A stretch of 64,000 nucleotides of DNA from Eutreptiella sp. 'Long Island Sound 2002' (lineage: Eukaryota; Protista; Euglenida), in assembly GCA_964036045.1 (NCBI GenBank), contig OZ038378.1, positions 178,994,001 to 179,058,000 of the forward strand, given 5' to 3'. The notes below the pieces were generated by a model. That model saw only the letters and a program-made list of their open reading frames with translations. It was not told where the DNA came from and did not search any database. The position numbers and the translations under genes were made by a program. How positions within the stretch are numbered: position 1 is the first letter of the stretch; every line of letters begins with the position of its first letter. Shown here piece after piece: positions 23,435 to 37,900 of the stretch.

Positions 23435-24862
23435 CCTGGCACTTGGTTGCAAAGAAGCCTGTGAAGCAAGCACATACAGGGAATACAAGCAGCACAATGC
23501 ATGCGCAATGTGTGCATCATATGTAAATTGAAGTTACTCCTTCCCTTCCCAAACAATGCAAACAATGAGATTGGTTTGTCTCTCTCGTAAAAGTTTATGA
23601 TTGTCTCGACATTTGTGCATGTGGTTGTAATCTAACTAGTCTCTCTTCCGTCTTTCATCCTCAAAGCGAGTGGTGATAGTGTATAAAAGATCTCGTAAAA
23701 TGTTGTCACATTTTTCTGAGATGCCTTCCATTCTGAAAGTAAGGGGTGCTAGGAGGTATAACCCTCATGGGCAAGTCGGGGTGCAACAATTTTGGTGTCA
23801 CTTCCTTGTCAGCCCCGATGTGTGTTATGCTAAGGCGACCCACTGGCTACCTGTGTTCCTATAGGTGCTGGAGTACTTGTATTGTCCCCATATGATGATC
23901 CAAACCCATCCCAGGGCCCACAAAATTCTCTGAAAATTCTGAACACCTGACAACTGTCAAGTCCTCTGGGTAGTGGGAGAAGGGTATTCCCCCACCCCAG
24001 CCCCCTAACCGGCCGCTCACCATCAGCTTGCACCCCGCTTGCACCATGAAACCCCATATTTGAGGGTCCCATATCCAATGGACTTTGTGCCGAAGCCACT
24101 GGGACGCCGTGGAGTTGCCAGAATGTGTTGGGAATTTTATATCCCCACCAACCTGCGACGGACATGGTTTATTTGCCTGAAACCCTGGGACATCCCTATT
24201 GCAAAAGGTCCCAAATCCAATGGAATCATTCCCAGCTCCCAACCTGACGACTCCTACATTACCAAACCTAAAAACACCCAAAATGGTCCTGTGGCGCACG
24301 ATCTCAATGATTGACCTAACAACATCTTTGACGTGATTTTGAAAAAAAGTTTTCGAAAATGTTTTATATTTCATCGTAACCAGGGGCCAAGACGTACGGT
24401 GCTCCTTGTGCAACATCACTGGGCGTGGTCCAACCAGTGAAACCAGTCAACATTCTAGAAAGGTCAAAACCATCACGGTGGATGATCGCATTTAAATCAG
24501 AAAATACGGATTATACAGTGGAAATGGTACTTTGATCTGCTGGTGCTGGGGTAAACATGTTGACCACAATGGAAAAGAGAATCACCAGCAACATCACACG
24601 TGAGACACCAAACGCTGCACTGCCCACATGCGTCGTCCTGCTTCGCAGGCTGTGCAAGTGTAACAGGTTGGAAAAATATGACAGGTTGAGCCAGTTGGGC
24701 AGCATTCTTGCCAAAGAACTTGTTGGATTGTACAGAACGGAATTGTAGCTGCTGCTAGAGGCACATATTGTTGAAATCAATCATTGATGCTCCCTTGGAG
24801 CCACAAAAACAACACTCCAACATATCTGCCCGTGAATGCAGCAACAAAATTGTTTAATATTG

Positions 24863-25224
24863 TTTAATATTGTGTACCCTGTAACCCTGGCCACAGGCAG
24901 TGAGTCGAAGTGGCAACAAACACATTTCCGGGTCGCCAAGGGTCCAGCCCTGGGACTGTTCACCCTGAGGCTGAAATGAAAGAACACTAAACGACTGGCA
25001 TGGGTGGGTGGATGGGTCAGAGTGTCAGGTTTGGGTGGGTGGGTGGGTGCAAGCAAACTAGAAAATCAAAGAGCTCTGATGACACAGAACAGGGGTCACT
25101 CTGTGGCATGAGACTATTGTTTATCGCATCAGGGTTTAATATTGTGTGCCCTATACCCTGGCCGCAGGCAGCAAGTCGAAGTCGCAACAGACACATTTCG
25201 GGGTCGACAAGGGTCCCCGCCCCT
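24863..25224. repeat. Diverged ~90-bp direct repeat pair (24863-24951 and 25135-25224) at the edge of array 1
   Basis: TTTAATATTGTGT.CCCT.T...CCCTGGCC.CAGGCAG..AGTCGAAGT.GCAACA.ACACATTTC.GGGTCG.CAAGGGTCC, with an offset of 272 bp. Confidence 0.8.
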
Positions 25225-25572
25225 TCCTTGCATTCTGCCCCTATGAGGTTCTATGCCAACCCGACCGAAAACGTTCTTTGTCTTTCGCTGTGCCACGAAG
25301 TAGAAAGCCCATGCTTCTGCCTACAGGTCAGTGATTGGGGTACATTCAACTAAATGGTTCGTTTGGGTACACACAAACAAAGGCAAACATGCCGTAATGA
25401 ATCAATTGAATTCTTCTCGTTGTCTATAGGTTTGGAGCATAGCACACCACAATACCATCCAACTGCCAACAAATCTCTCACACAACAACACAACACACAC
25501 AACAAATCTCTCAATGACCACCTCAATAGAAACACATGTCTCCTGAATGCGAATAAGAAATAAAGGGTACCA

Positions 25573-25641
25573 TGTGCTGTTCAGGAGTGGTTCATCAACA
25601 GAATTCAGACAGTCGATTGTGAAAAGCATCCTGGTAGCACA
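25573..25641 (-). ncRNA. Candidate box C/D snoRNA 'B' (first of 44 copies, one per array-1 unit)
   Basis: TGTGCT-acc-AGGATGC(C-like)-18 nt (17 in this first copy)-CTGA(D')-6 nt-TTGATGA(C')-7 nt-CTGA(D)-ac-AGCACA. A perfect 6-bp flanking stem closes it. Box C is non-canonical. Confidence 0.45.
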
Positions 25642-25854
25642 AAAGCAGCAGAATAGTTGACAGTGGAAAACTTACTGGGAAGCCTTTGCATGAACCTTGC
25701 AAAGTAAACACAAAACAAAGTCATTCAAGTACAGAGGACAAAAACAGCATACTGCACCACAACACAGCTCACCTGATTGTCTGCAATGAATGGAACAATG
25801 TTTACACCCATGGCACTCCATACTACATGGTTGGTTAAGGTTGGTGGTGGAGCA

Positions 25855-25913
25855 TCAGACACCAACGGTCAGCAGCAGATTGTCAGTGTGAGTCTCTGAA
25901 TCAAATTCATCAC
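25855..25913 (-). ncRNA. Candidate box C/D snoRNA 'A' (first of 44 copies, one per array-1 unit; last at 50080-50138)
   Basis: GTGATGA(C)-20 nt-CTGA(D')-7 nt-CTGCTGA(C')-10 nt-CTGA(D), with flanking GGAG/CTCC complementarity. No target was verified. Confidence 0.55.
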
Positions 25914-28900
25914 TCTCCCAGAATGTCACACAACTTTGACACAAAGAAAAACTAAAGAACAAATAACAAATACATAAATGAAAAACCTGTCAATGAAAAA
26001 CATAGGACACCACAATACCATCCAACTGCCAACACATCTCTCACACAACAACACAACACACACAGCAAATCTCTCAATGACCACCTCAATAGAAACACAT
26101 GTCTCCTGAATGCGAATAAGAAATAAAGGGTACCATGTGCTGTTCAGGAGTGGTTCATCAACAGAATTCAGATAGTCGATTGTGAAAAAGCATCCTGGTA
26201 GCACAAAAGCAGCAGAATAGTTGACAGTGGAACACTTACTGGGAAGCCTTTGCATGAACCTTGCAAAGTAAACACAAGGCAAGTCATTTAAGTACAGAGG
26301 ACAAAAACAGCATACTGCACCACAACACAGCTCACCTGATTGTCTGCAATGAATGGAACAATGTTTACACCCATGGCACTCCATACTACATGGTTGGTTA
26401 AGGTTGGTGGTGGAGCATCAGACACCAACGGTCAGCAGCAGATTGTCAGTGTGAGTCTCTGAATCAAATTCATCACTCTCCCAGAATGTCACACAACTCT
26501 GAAACAAAGAAAAACTAATGAACAAATAACAAATACATAAATGAAGAACCTGTCAATGAAAAACATAGGACACCACAATACCATCCAACTGCCAACACAT
26601 CTCTCACACAACAACACAACACACACAGCAAATCTCTCAATGACCACCTCAATAGAAACACATGTCTCCTGAATGCGAATAAGTATTTAGGGCACCATGT
26701 GCTGTTCAGGAGTGGTTCATCAACAGAATTCAGACAGTCGATTGTGAAAAAGCATCCTGGTAGCACAAATGCAGCAGAATAGTTGACAGTGGAACACTTA
26801 CTGGGAAGCCTTTGCATGAACCTTGCAAAGTAAACACAAAACAAAGTCATTCAAGTACAGAGGACAAAAACAGCATACTGCACCACAACACAGCTCACCT
26901 GATTGTCCGCAATGAATGGAACAATGTTTACACCCATGGCACTCCATACTACATGGTTGGTTAAGGTTGGTGGTGGAGCATCAGACACCAACGGTCAGCA
27001 GCAGATTGTCAGTGTGAGTCTCTGAATCAAATTCATCACTCTCCCAGAATGTCACACAACTCTGAAACAAAGAAAAACTAAAGAACAAATAACAAATACA
27101 TAAATGAAGAACCGGTCATTGAAAAACATAGGACACCACAATACCATCCAACTGCCAACACATCTCTCACACAACAACACAACACACACAGCAAATCTCT
27201 CAATGACCACCTCAATAGAAACACATGTCTCCTGAATGCGAATAAGTATTTAGGGCACCATGTGCTGTTCAGGAGTGGTTCATCAACAGAATTCAGACAG
27301 TCGATTGTGAAAAAGCATCCTGGTAGCACAAAAGCAGCAGAATAGTTGACAGTGGAACACTTACTGGGAAGCCTTTGCATGAACCTTGCAAAGTAAACAC
27401 AAGGCAAGTCATTTAAGTACAGAGGACAAAAACAGCATACTGCACCACAACACAGCTCACCTGATTGTCTGCAATGAATGGAACAATGTTTACACCCATG
27501 GCACTCCATACTACATGGTTGGTTAAGGTTGGTGGTGGAGCATCAGACACCAACGGTCAGCAGCAGATTGTCAGTGTGAGTCTCTGAATCAAATTCATCA
27601 CTCTCCCAGAATGTCACACAACTCTGAAACAAAGAAAAACTAAAGAACAAATAACAAATACATAAATGAAGAACCTGTCAATGAAAAACATAGGACACCA
27701 CAATACCATCCAACTGCCAACACATCTCTCACACAACAACACAACACACACAACAAATCTCTCAATGACCACCTCAATAGAAACACATGTCTCCTGAATG
27801 CGAATAAGAAATAAAGGGTACCATGTGCTGTTCAGGAGTGGTTCATCAACAGAATTCAGACAGTCGATTGTGAAAAAGCATCCTGGTAGCACAAAAGCAG
27901 CAGAATAGTTGACAGTGGAACACTTACTGGGAAGCCTTTGCATGAACCTTGCAAAGTAAACACAAGGCAAGTCATTTAAGTACAGAGGACAAAAACAGCA
28001 TACTGCACCACAACACAGCTCACCTGATTGTCTGCAATGAATGGAACAATGTTTACACCCATGGCACTCCATACTACATGGTGGGCTAAGGTTGGTGGTG
28101 GAGCATCAGACACCAACGGTCAGCAGCAGATTGTCAGTGTGAGTCTCTGAATCAAATTCATCACTCTCCCAGAATGTCACACAACTCTGAAACAAAGAAA
28201 AACTAAAGAACAAATAACAAATACATAAATGAAGAACCTGTCAATGAAAAACATAGGACACCACAATACCATCCAACTGCCAACACATCTCTCACACAAC
28301 AACACAACACACACAGCAAATCTCTCAATGACCACCTCAATAGAAACACATGTCTCCTGAATGGGAATAAGAAAGAAAGGGTACCATGTGCTGTTCAGGA
28401 GTGGTTCATCAACAGAATTCAGACAGTCGATTGTGAAAAAGCATCCTGGTAGCACAAAAGCAGCAGAATAGTTGACAGTGGAACACTTACTGGGAAGCCT
28501 TTGCATGAACCTTGCAAAGTAAACACAAAACAAAGTCATTCAAGTACAGAGGACAAAAACAGCATACTGCACCACAACACAGCTCACCTGATTGTCTGCA
28601 ATCAATGGGACAATGTTTACACCCATGGCACTCCATAATACATGGTGGGCTAAGGTTGGTGGTGGAGCATCAGACACCAACGGTCAGCAGCAGATTGTCA
28701 GTGTGAGTCTCTGAATCAAATTCATCACTCTCCCAGAATGTCACACAACTCTGAAACAAAGAAGAACTAAAGAACAAATAACAAATACATAAATGAAGAA
28801 CCTGTCATTGAAAAACATAGGACACCACAATACCATCCAAATGCCAACACATCTCTCACACAACAACACAACACACACAGCAAATCTCTCAATGACCACC

Positions 28901-31900
28901 TCAATAGAAACACATGTCTTCTGAATGCGAATAAGAAATAAAGGGTACCATGTGCTGTTCAGGAGTGGTTCATCAACAGAATTCAGACAGTCGATTGTGA
29001 AAAAGCATCCTGGTAGCACAAAAGCAGCAGAATAGTTGACAGTGGAACACTTACTGGGAAGCCTTTGCATGAACCTTGCAAAGTAAACACAAGGCAAGTC
29101 ATTTAGGTACAGAGGACAAAAACAGCATACTGCACCACAACACAGCTCACCTGATTGTCTGCAATGAATGGAACAATGTTTACACCCATGGCACTCCATA
29201 CTACATGGTGGGTTAAGGTGGTGGAGCATCAGACACCAACGGTCAGCAGCAGATTGTCAGTGTGAGTCTCTGAATCAAATTCATCACTCTCCCAGAATGT
29301 CACACAACTCTGAAACAAAGAAAAACTAAAGAACAAATAACAAATACATAAATGAAAAACCTGTCAATGAAAAACATAGGACACCACAATACCATCCAAC
29401 TGCCAACACATCTCTCACACAACAACACAACACACACAGCAAATCTCTCAATGACCACCTCAATAGAAACACATGTCTCCTGAATGCGAATAAGAAATAA
29501 AGGGTACCATGTGCTGTTCAGGAGTGGTTCATCAACAGAATTCAGACAGTCGATTGTGAAAAAGCATCCTGGTAGCACAAAAGCAGCAGAATAGTTGACA
29601 GTGGAACACTTACTGGGAAGCCTTTGCATGAACCTTGCAAAGTAAACACAAGGCAAGTCATTTAAGTACAGAGGACAAAAACAGCATACTGCACCACAAC
29701 ACAGCTCACCTGATTGTCTGCAATGAATGGAACAATGTTTACACCCATGGCACTCCATAATACATGGTGGGCTAAGGTTGGTGGTGGAGCATCAGACACC
29801 AACGGTCAGCAGCAGATTGTCAGTGTGAGTCTCTGAATCAAATTCATCACTCTCCCTGAATGTCACACAACTCTGAAAAAAAGAAAAACTAAAGAACAAA
29901 TAACAAATACATAAATGAAGAACCTGTCATTGAAAAACATAGGACACCACAATACCATCCAACTGCCAACACATCTCTCACACAACAACACAACACACAC
30001 AGCAAATCTCTCAATGACCACCTCAATAGAAACACATGTCTCCTGAATGCGAATAAGTATTTAGGGCACCATGTGCTGTTCAGGAGTGGTTCATCAACAG
30101 AATTCAGACAGTCGATTGTGAAAAAGCATCCTGGTAGCACAAAAGCAGCAGAATAGTTGACAGTGGAACACTTACTGGGAAGCCTTTGCATGAACCTTGC
30201 AAAGTAAACACAAAACAAGGTCATTCAAGTACAGAGGACAAAAACAGCATACTGCACCACAACACAGCTCACTTGTTTGTCTGCAATGAATGGAACAATG
30301 TTTACACCCATGGCACTCCATACTACATGGTGGGCTAAGGTTGGTGGTGGAGCATCAGACACCAACGGTCAGCAGCAGATTGTCAGTGTGAGTCTCTGAA
30401 TCAAATTCATCACTCTCCCAGAATGTCACACAACTCTGAAACAGAGAAAAAATAAAGAACAAATAACAAATACATAAATGAAGAACCTGTCAATGAAAAA
30501 CATAGGACACCACAATACCATCCAAATGCCAACACATCTCTCACACAACAACACAACACACACAGCAAATCTCTCAATGACCACCTCAATAGAAACACAT
30601 GTCTCCTGAATGCGAATAAGAAATAAAGGGTACCATGTGCTGTTCAGGAGTGGTTCATCAACAGAATTCAGATAGTCGATTGTGAAAAAGCATCCTGGTA
30701 GCACAAAAGCAGCAGAATAGTTGACAGTGGAACACTTACTGGGAAGCCTTTGCATGAACCTTGCAAAGTAAACACAAGGCAAGTCATTTAAGTACAGAGG
30801 ACAAAAACAGCATACTGCACCACAACACAGCTCACCTGATTGTCTGCAATGAATGGAACAATGTTTACACCCATGGCACTCCATACTACATGGTTGGTTA
30901 AGGTTGGTGGTGGAGCATCAGACACCAACGGTCAGCAGCAGATTGTCAGTGTGAGTCTCTGAATCAAATTCATCACTCTCCCTGAATGTCACACAACTCT
31001 GAAACAAAGAAAAACTAAAGAATAAATAACAAATGAAGTATTGAAGAAACTGTCAATGAAAAACATAGGACACCACAATACCATCCAACTGCCAACACAT
31101 CTCTCACACAACAACACAACACACACAGCAAATCTCTCAATGACCACCTCAATAGAAACACATGTCTCCTGAATGCGAATAAGTATTTAGGGCACCATGT
31201 GCTGTTCAGGAGTGGTTCATCAACAGAATTCAGACAGTCGATTGTGAAAAAGCATCCTGGTAGCACAAAAGCAGCAGAATAGTTGACAGTGGAACACTTA
31301 CTGGGAAGCCTTTGCATGAACCTTGCAAAGTAAACACAAAACAAAGTCATTCAAGTACAGAGGACAAAAACAGCATACTGCACCACAACACAGCTCACTT
31401 GTTTGTCTGCAATGAATGGAACAATGTTTACACCCATGGCACTCCATACTACATGGTGGGCTAAGGTTGGTGGTGGAGCATCAGACACCAACGGTCAGCA
31501 GCAGATTGTCAGTGTGAGTCTCTGAATCAAATTCATCACTCTCCCAGAATGTCACACAACTCTGAAACAGAGAAAAAATAAAGAACAAATAACAAATACA
31601 TAAATGAAGAACCTGTCAATGAAAAACATAGGACACCACAATACCATCCAAATGCCAACACATCTCTCACACAACAACACAACACACACAGCAAATCTCT
31701 CAATGACCACCTCAATAGAAACACATGTCTCCTGAATGCGAATAAGAAATAAAGGGTACCATGTGCTGTTCAGGAGTGGTTCATCAACAGAATTCAGATA
31801 GTCGATTGTGAAAAAGCATCCTGGTAGCACAAAAGCAGCAGAATAGTTGACAGTGGAACACTTACTGGGAAGCCTTTGCATGAACCTTGCAAAGTAAACA

Positions 31901-34900
31901 CAAGGCAAGTCATTTAAGTACAGAGGACAAAAACAGCATACTGCACCACAACACAGCTCACCTGATTGTCTGCAATGAATGGAACTATGTTTACACCCAT
32001 GGCACTCCATACTACATGGTTGGTTAAGGTTGGTGGTGGAGCATCAGACACCAACGGTCAGCAGCAGATTGTCAGTGTGAGTCTCTGAATCAAATTCATC
32101 ACTCTCCCTGAATGTCACACAACTCTGAAACAAAGAAAAACTAAAGAATAAATAACAAATGAAGTATTGAAGAAACTGTCAATGAAAAACATAGGACACC
32201 ACAATACCATCCAACTGCCAACACATCTCTCACACAACAACACAACACACACAGCAAATCTCTCAATGATCACCTCAATAGAAACACATGTCTTCTGAAT
32301 GCGAATAAGAAATAAAGGGTACCATGTGCTGTTCAGGAGTGGTTCATCAACAGAATTCAGACAGTCGATTGTGAAAAAGCATCCTGGTAGCACAAAAGCA
32401 GCAGAATAGTTGACAGTGGAACACTTACTGGGAAGCCTTTGCATGAACCTTGCAAAGTAAACACAAAACAAAGTCATTCAAGTACAGAGGACAAAAACAG
32501 CATACTGCACCACAACACAGCTCACCTGATTGTCTGCAATGAATGGAACAATGTTTACACCCATGGCACTCCATAATACATGGTGGGCTAAGGTTGGTGG
32601 TGGAGCATCAGACACCAACGGTCAGCAGCAGATTGTCAGTGTGAGTCTCTGAATCAAATTCATCACTCTCCCTGAATGTCACACAACTCTGAAACAAAGA
32701 AAAACTAAAGAGCAAATAACAAATACATAAATGAAGAACCTGTCATTGAAAAACATAGGACACCACAATACCATCCAACTGCCAACACATCTCTCACACA
32801 ACAACACAACACACACAGCAAATCTCTCAATGACCACCTCAATAGAAACACATGTCTTCTGAATGCGAATAAGAATTTAGGGCACCATGTGCTGTTCAGG
32901 AGTGGTTCATCAACAGAATTCAGACAGTCGATTGTGAAAAAGCATCCTGGTAGCACAAAAGCAGCAGAATAGTTGACAGTGGAACACTTACTGGGAAGCC
33001 TTTGCATGAACCTTGCAAAGTAAACACAAAACAAAGTCATTCAAGTACAGAGGACAAAAACAGCATACTGCACCACAACACAGCTCACTTGATTGTCCGC
33101 AATGAATGGAACAATGTTTACACCCATGGCACTCCATACTACATGGTTGGTTAAGGTTGGTGGTGGAGCATCAGACACCAACGGTCAGCAGCAGATTGTC
33201 AGTGTGAGTCTCTGAATCAAATTCATCACTCTCCCAGAATGTCACACAACTCTGAAACAGAGAAAAAATAAAGAACAAATAACAAATACATAAATGAAAA
33301 ACCTGTCAATGAAAAACATAGGACACCACAATACCATCCAACTGCCAACACATCTCTCACACAACAACACAACACACACAGCAAATCTCTCAATGACCAC
33401 CTCAATAGAAACACATGTCTCCTGAATGCGAATAAGAAATAAAGGGTACCATGTGCTGTTCAGGAGTGGTTCATCAACAGAATTCAGACAGTCGATTGTG
33501 AAAAAGCATCCTGGTAGCACAAAAGCAGCAGAATAGTTGACAGTGGAACACTTACTGGGAAGCCTTTGCATGAACCTTGCAAAGTAAACACAAAACAAAG
33601 TCATTTAAGTACAGAGGACAAAAACAGCATACTGCACCACAACACAGCTCACCTGATTGTCCGCAATGAATGGAACTATGTTTACACCCATGGCACTCCA
33701 TACTACATGGTTGGTTAAGGTTGGTGGTGGAGCATCAGACACCAACGGTCAGCAGCAGATTGTCAGTGTGAGTCTCTGAATCAAATTCATCACTCTCCCT
33801 GAATGTCACACAACTCTGAAACAAAGAAAAACTAAAGAACAAATAACAAATGAAGTATTGAAGAAACTGTCAATGAAAAACATAGGACACCACAATACCA
33901 TCCAACTGCCAACACATCTCTCACACAACAACACAACACACACAGCAAATCTCTCAATGATCACCTCAATAGAAACACATGTCTTCTGAATGCGAATAAG
34001 TATTTAGGGCACCATGTGCTGTTCAGGAGTGGTTCATCAACAGAATTCAGACAGTCGATTGTGAAAAAGCATCCTGGTAGCACAAAAGCAGCAGAATAGT
34101 TGACAGTGGAACACTTACTGGGAAGCCTTTGCATGAACCTTGCAAAGTAAACACAAAACAAAGTCATTTAAGTACAGAGGACAAAAACAGCATACTGCAC
34201 CACAACACAGCTCACCTGATTGTCCGCAATGAATGGAACTATGTTTACACCCATGGCACTCCATACTACATGGTTGGTTAAGGTTGGTGGTGGAGCATCA
34301 GACACCAACGGTCAGCAGCAGATTGTCAGTGTGAGTCTCTGAATCAAATTCATCACTCTCCCAGAATGTCACACAACTCTGAAACAAAGAAAAACTAAAG
34401 AACAAATAACAAATGAAGTATTGAAGAAACTGTCAATGAAAAACATAGGACACCACAATACCATCCAACTGCCAACACATCTCTCACACAACAACACAAC
34501 ACACACAGCAAATCTCTCAATGACCACCTCAATAGAAACACATGTCTTCTGAATGCGAATAAGAAATAAAGGGTACCATGTGCTGTTCAGGAGTGGTTCA
34601 TCAACAGAATTCAGACAGTCGATTGTGAAAAAGCATCCTGGTAGCACAAAAGCAGCAGAATAGTTGACAGTGGAACACTTACTGGGAAGCCTTTGCATGA
34701 ACCTTGCAAAGAAAACACAAAACAAAGTCATTCAAGTACAGAGGACAAAAACAGCATACTGCACCACAACACAGCTCACCTGATTGTCTGCAATGAATGG
34801 AACAATGTTTACACCCATGGCACTCCATACTACATGGTGGGCTAAGGTTGGTGGTGGAGCATCAGACACCAACGGTCAGCAGCAGATTGTCAGTGTGAGT

Positions 34901-37900
34901 CTCTGAATCAAATTCATCACTCTCCCAGAATGTCACACAACTCTGAAACAAAGAAAAACTAAAGAACAAATAACAAATACATAAATGAAGAACCTGTCAT
35001 TGAAAAACATAGGACACCACAATACCATCCAACTGCCAACAAATCTCTCACACAACAACACAACACACACAGCAAATCTCTCAATGACCACCTCAATAGA
35101 AACACATGTCTCCTGAATGCGAATAAGAAATAAAGGGTACCATGTGCTGTTCAGGAGTGGTTCATCAACAGAATTCAGACAGTCGATTGTGAAAAAGCAT
35201 CCTGGTAGCACAAAAGCAGCAGAATAGTTGACAGTGGAACACTTACTGGGAAGCCTTTGCATGAACCTTGCAAAGTAAACACAAAACAAAGTCATTCAAG
35301 TACAGAGGACAAAAACAGCATACTGCACCACAACACAGCTCACCTGATTGTCTGCAATGAATGGAACTATGTTTACACCCATGGCACTCCATACTACATG
35401 GTGGGCTAAGGTTGGTGGTGGAGCATCAGACACCAACGGTCAGCAGCAGATTGTCAGTGTGAGTCTCTGAATCAAATTCATCACTCTCCCAGAATGTCAC
35501 ACAACTCTGAAACAAAGAAAAACTAAAGAATAAATAACAAATGAAGTATTGAAGAACCTGTCAATGAAAAACATAGGACACCACAATACCATCCAACTGC
35601 CAACACATCTCTCACACAACAACACAACACACACAGCAAATCTCTCAATGATCACCTCAATAGAAACACATGTCTCCTGAATGCGAATAAGTATTTAGGG
35701 CACCATGTGCTGTTCAGGAGTGGTTCATCAACAGAATTCAGACAGTCGATTGTGAAAAAGCATCCTGGTAGCACAAAAGCAGCAGAATAGTTGACAGTGG
35801 AACACTTACTGGGAAGCCTTTGCATGAACCTTGCAAAGAAAACACAAAACAAAGTCATTCAAGTACAGAGGACAAAAACAGCATACTGCACCACAACACA
35901 GCTCACCTGATTGTCTGCAATGAATGGAACAATGTTTACACCCATGGCACTCCATACTACATGGTTGGTTAAGGTTGGTGGTGGAGCATCAGACACCAAC
36001 GGTCAGCAGCAGATTGTCAGTGTGAGTCTCTGAATCAAATTCATCACTCTCCCAGAATGTCACACAACTCTGAAACAAAGAAAAACTAAAGAACAAATAA
36101 CAAATACATAAATGAAGAACCTGTCATTGAAAAACATAGGACACCACAATACCATCCAACTGCCAACACATCTCTCACACAACAACACAACACACACAGC
36201 AAATCTCTCAATGACCACCTCAATAGAAACACATGTCTTCTGAATGCGAATAAGAAATAAAGGGTACCATGTGCTGTTCAGGAGTGGTTCATCAACAGAA
36301 TTCAGACAGTCGATTGTGAAAAAGCATCCTGGTAGCACAAAAGCAGCAGAATAGTTGACAGTGGAACACTTACTGGGAAGCCTTTGCATGAACCTTGCAA
36401 AGTAAACACAAAACAAAGTCATTCAAGTACAGAGGACAAAAACAGCATACTGCACCACAACACAGCTCACCTGATTGTCTGCAATGAATGGAACAATGTT
36501 TACACCCATGGCACTCCATACTACATGGTGGGCTAAGGTTGGTGGTGGAGCATCAGACACCAACGGTCAGCAGCAGATTGTCAGTGTGAGTCTCTGAATC
36601 AAATTCATCACTCTCCCAGAATGTCACACAACTCTGAAACAAAGAAAAACTAAAGAACAAATAACAAATGAAGTATTGAAGAAACTGTCAATGAAAAACA
36701 TAGGACACCACAATACCATCCAACTGCCAACACATCTCTCACACAACAACACAACACACACAGCAAATCTCTCAATGATCACCTCAATAGAAACACATGT
36801 CTTCTGAATGCGAATAAGAATTTAGGGCACCATGTGCTGTTCAGGAGTGGTTCATCAACAGAATTCAGACAGTCGATTGTGAAAAAGCATCCTGGTAGCA
36901 CAAAAGCAGCAGAATAGTTGACAGTGGAACACTTACTGGGAAGCCTTTGCATGAACCTTGCAAAGTAAACATAAAACAAAGTCATTCAAGTACAGAGGAC
37001 AAAAACAGCATACTGCACCACAACACAGCTCACCTGATTGTCTGCAATGAATGGAACAATGTTTACACCCATGGCACTCCATACTACATGGTTGGTTAAG
37101 GTTGGTGGTGGAGCATCAGACACCAACGGTCAGCAGCAGATTGTCAGTGTGAGTCTCTGAATCAAATTCATCACTCTCCCAGAATGTCACACAACTCTGA
37201 AACAAAGAAAAACTAAAGAACAAATAACAAATACATAAATGAAAAACCTGTCAATGAAAAACATAGGACACCACAATACCATCCAAATGCCAACACATCT
37301 CTCACACAACAACACAACACACACAGCAAATCTCTCAATGACCACCTCAATAGAAACACATGTCTCCTGAATGCGAATAAGAAATAAAGGGTACCATGTG
37401 CTGTTCAGGAGTGGTTCATCAACAGAATTCAGACAGTCGATTGTGAAAAAGCATCCTGGTAGCACAAAAGCAGCAGAATAGTTGACAGTGGAACACTTAC
37501 TGGGAAGCCTTTGCATGAACCTTGCAAAGTAAACACAAAACAAAGTCATTTAAGTACAGAGGACAAAAACAGCATACTGCACCACAACACAGCTCACCTG
37601 ATTGTCCGCAATGAATGGAACTATGTTTACACCCATGGCACTCCATACTACATGGTTGGTTAAGGTTGGTGGTGGAGCATCAGACACCAACGGTCAGCAG
37701 CAGATTGTCAGTGTGAGTCTCTGAATCAAATTCATCACTCTCCCTGAATGTCACACAACTCTGAAACAAAGAAAAACTAAAGAACAAATAACAAATGAAG
37801 TATTGAAGAAACTGTCAATGAAAAACATAGGACACCACAATACCATCCAACTGCCAACACATCTCTCACACAACAACACAACACACACAGCAAATCTCTC

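Noticed and set aside
24511-24780. Minus-strand ORF ending in a hydrophobic stretch, a possible last exon of a gene spanning the arrays
   Set aside because: No recognisable homology, and no upstream coding exons were identified.
25885-25906. Partial resemblance of the cassette A guide complement to the conserved LSU motif GUGCUCUGAAUGUCAAA
   Set aside because: Only 8 contiguous bases match and gaps are needed. The rRNA sequence was recalled from memory, so this is not acceptable as a target assignment.
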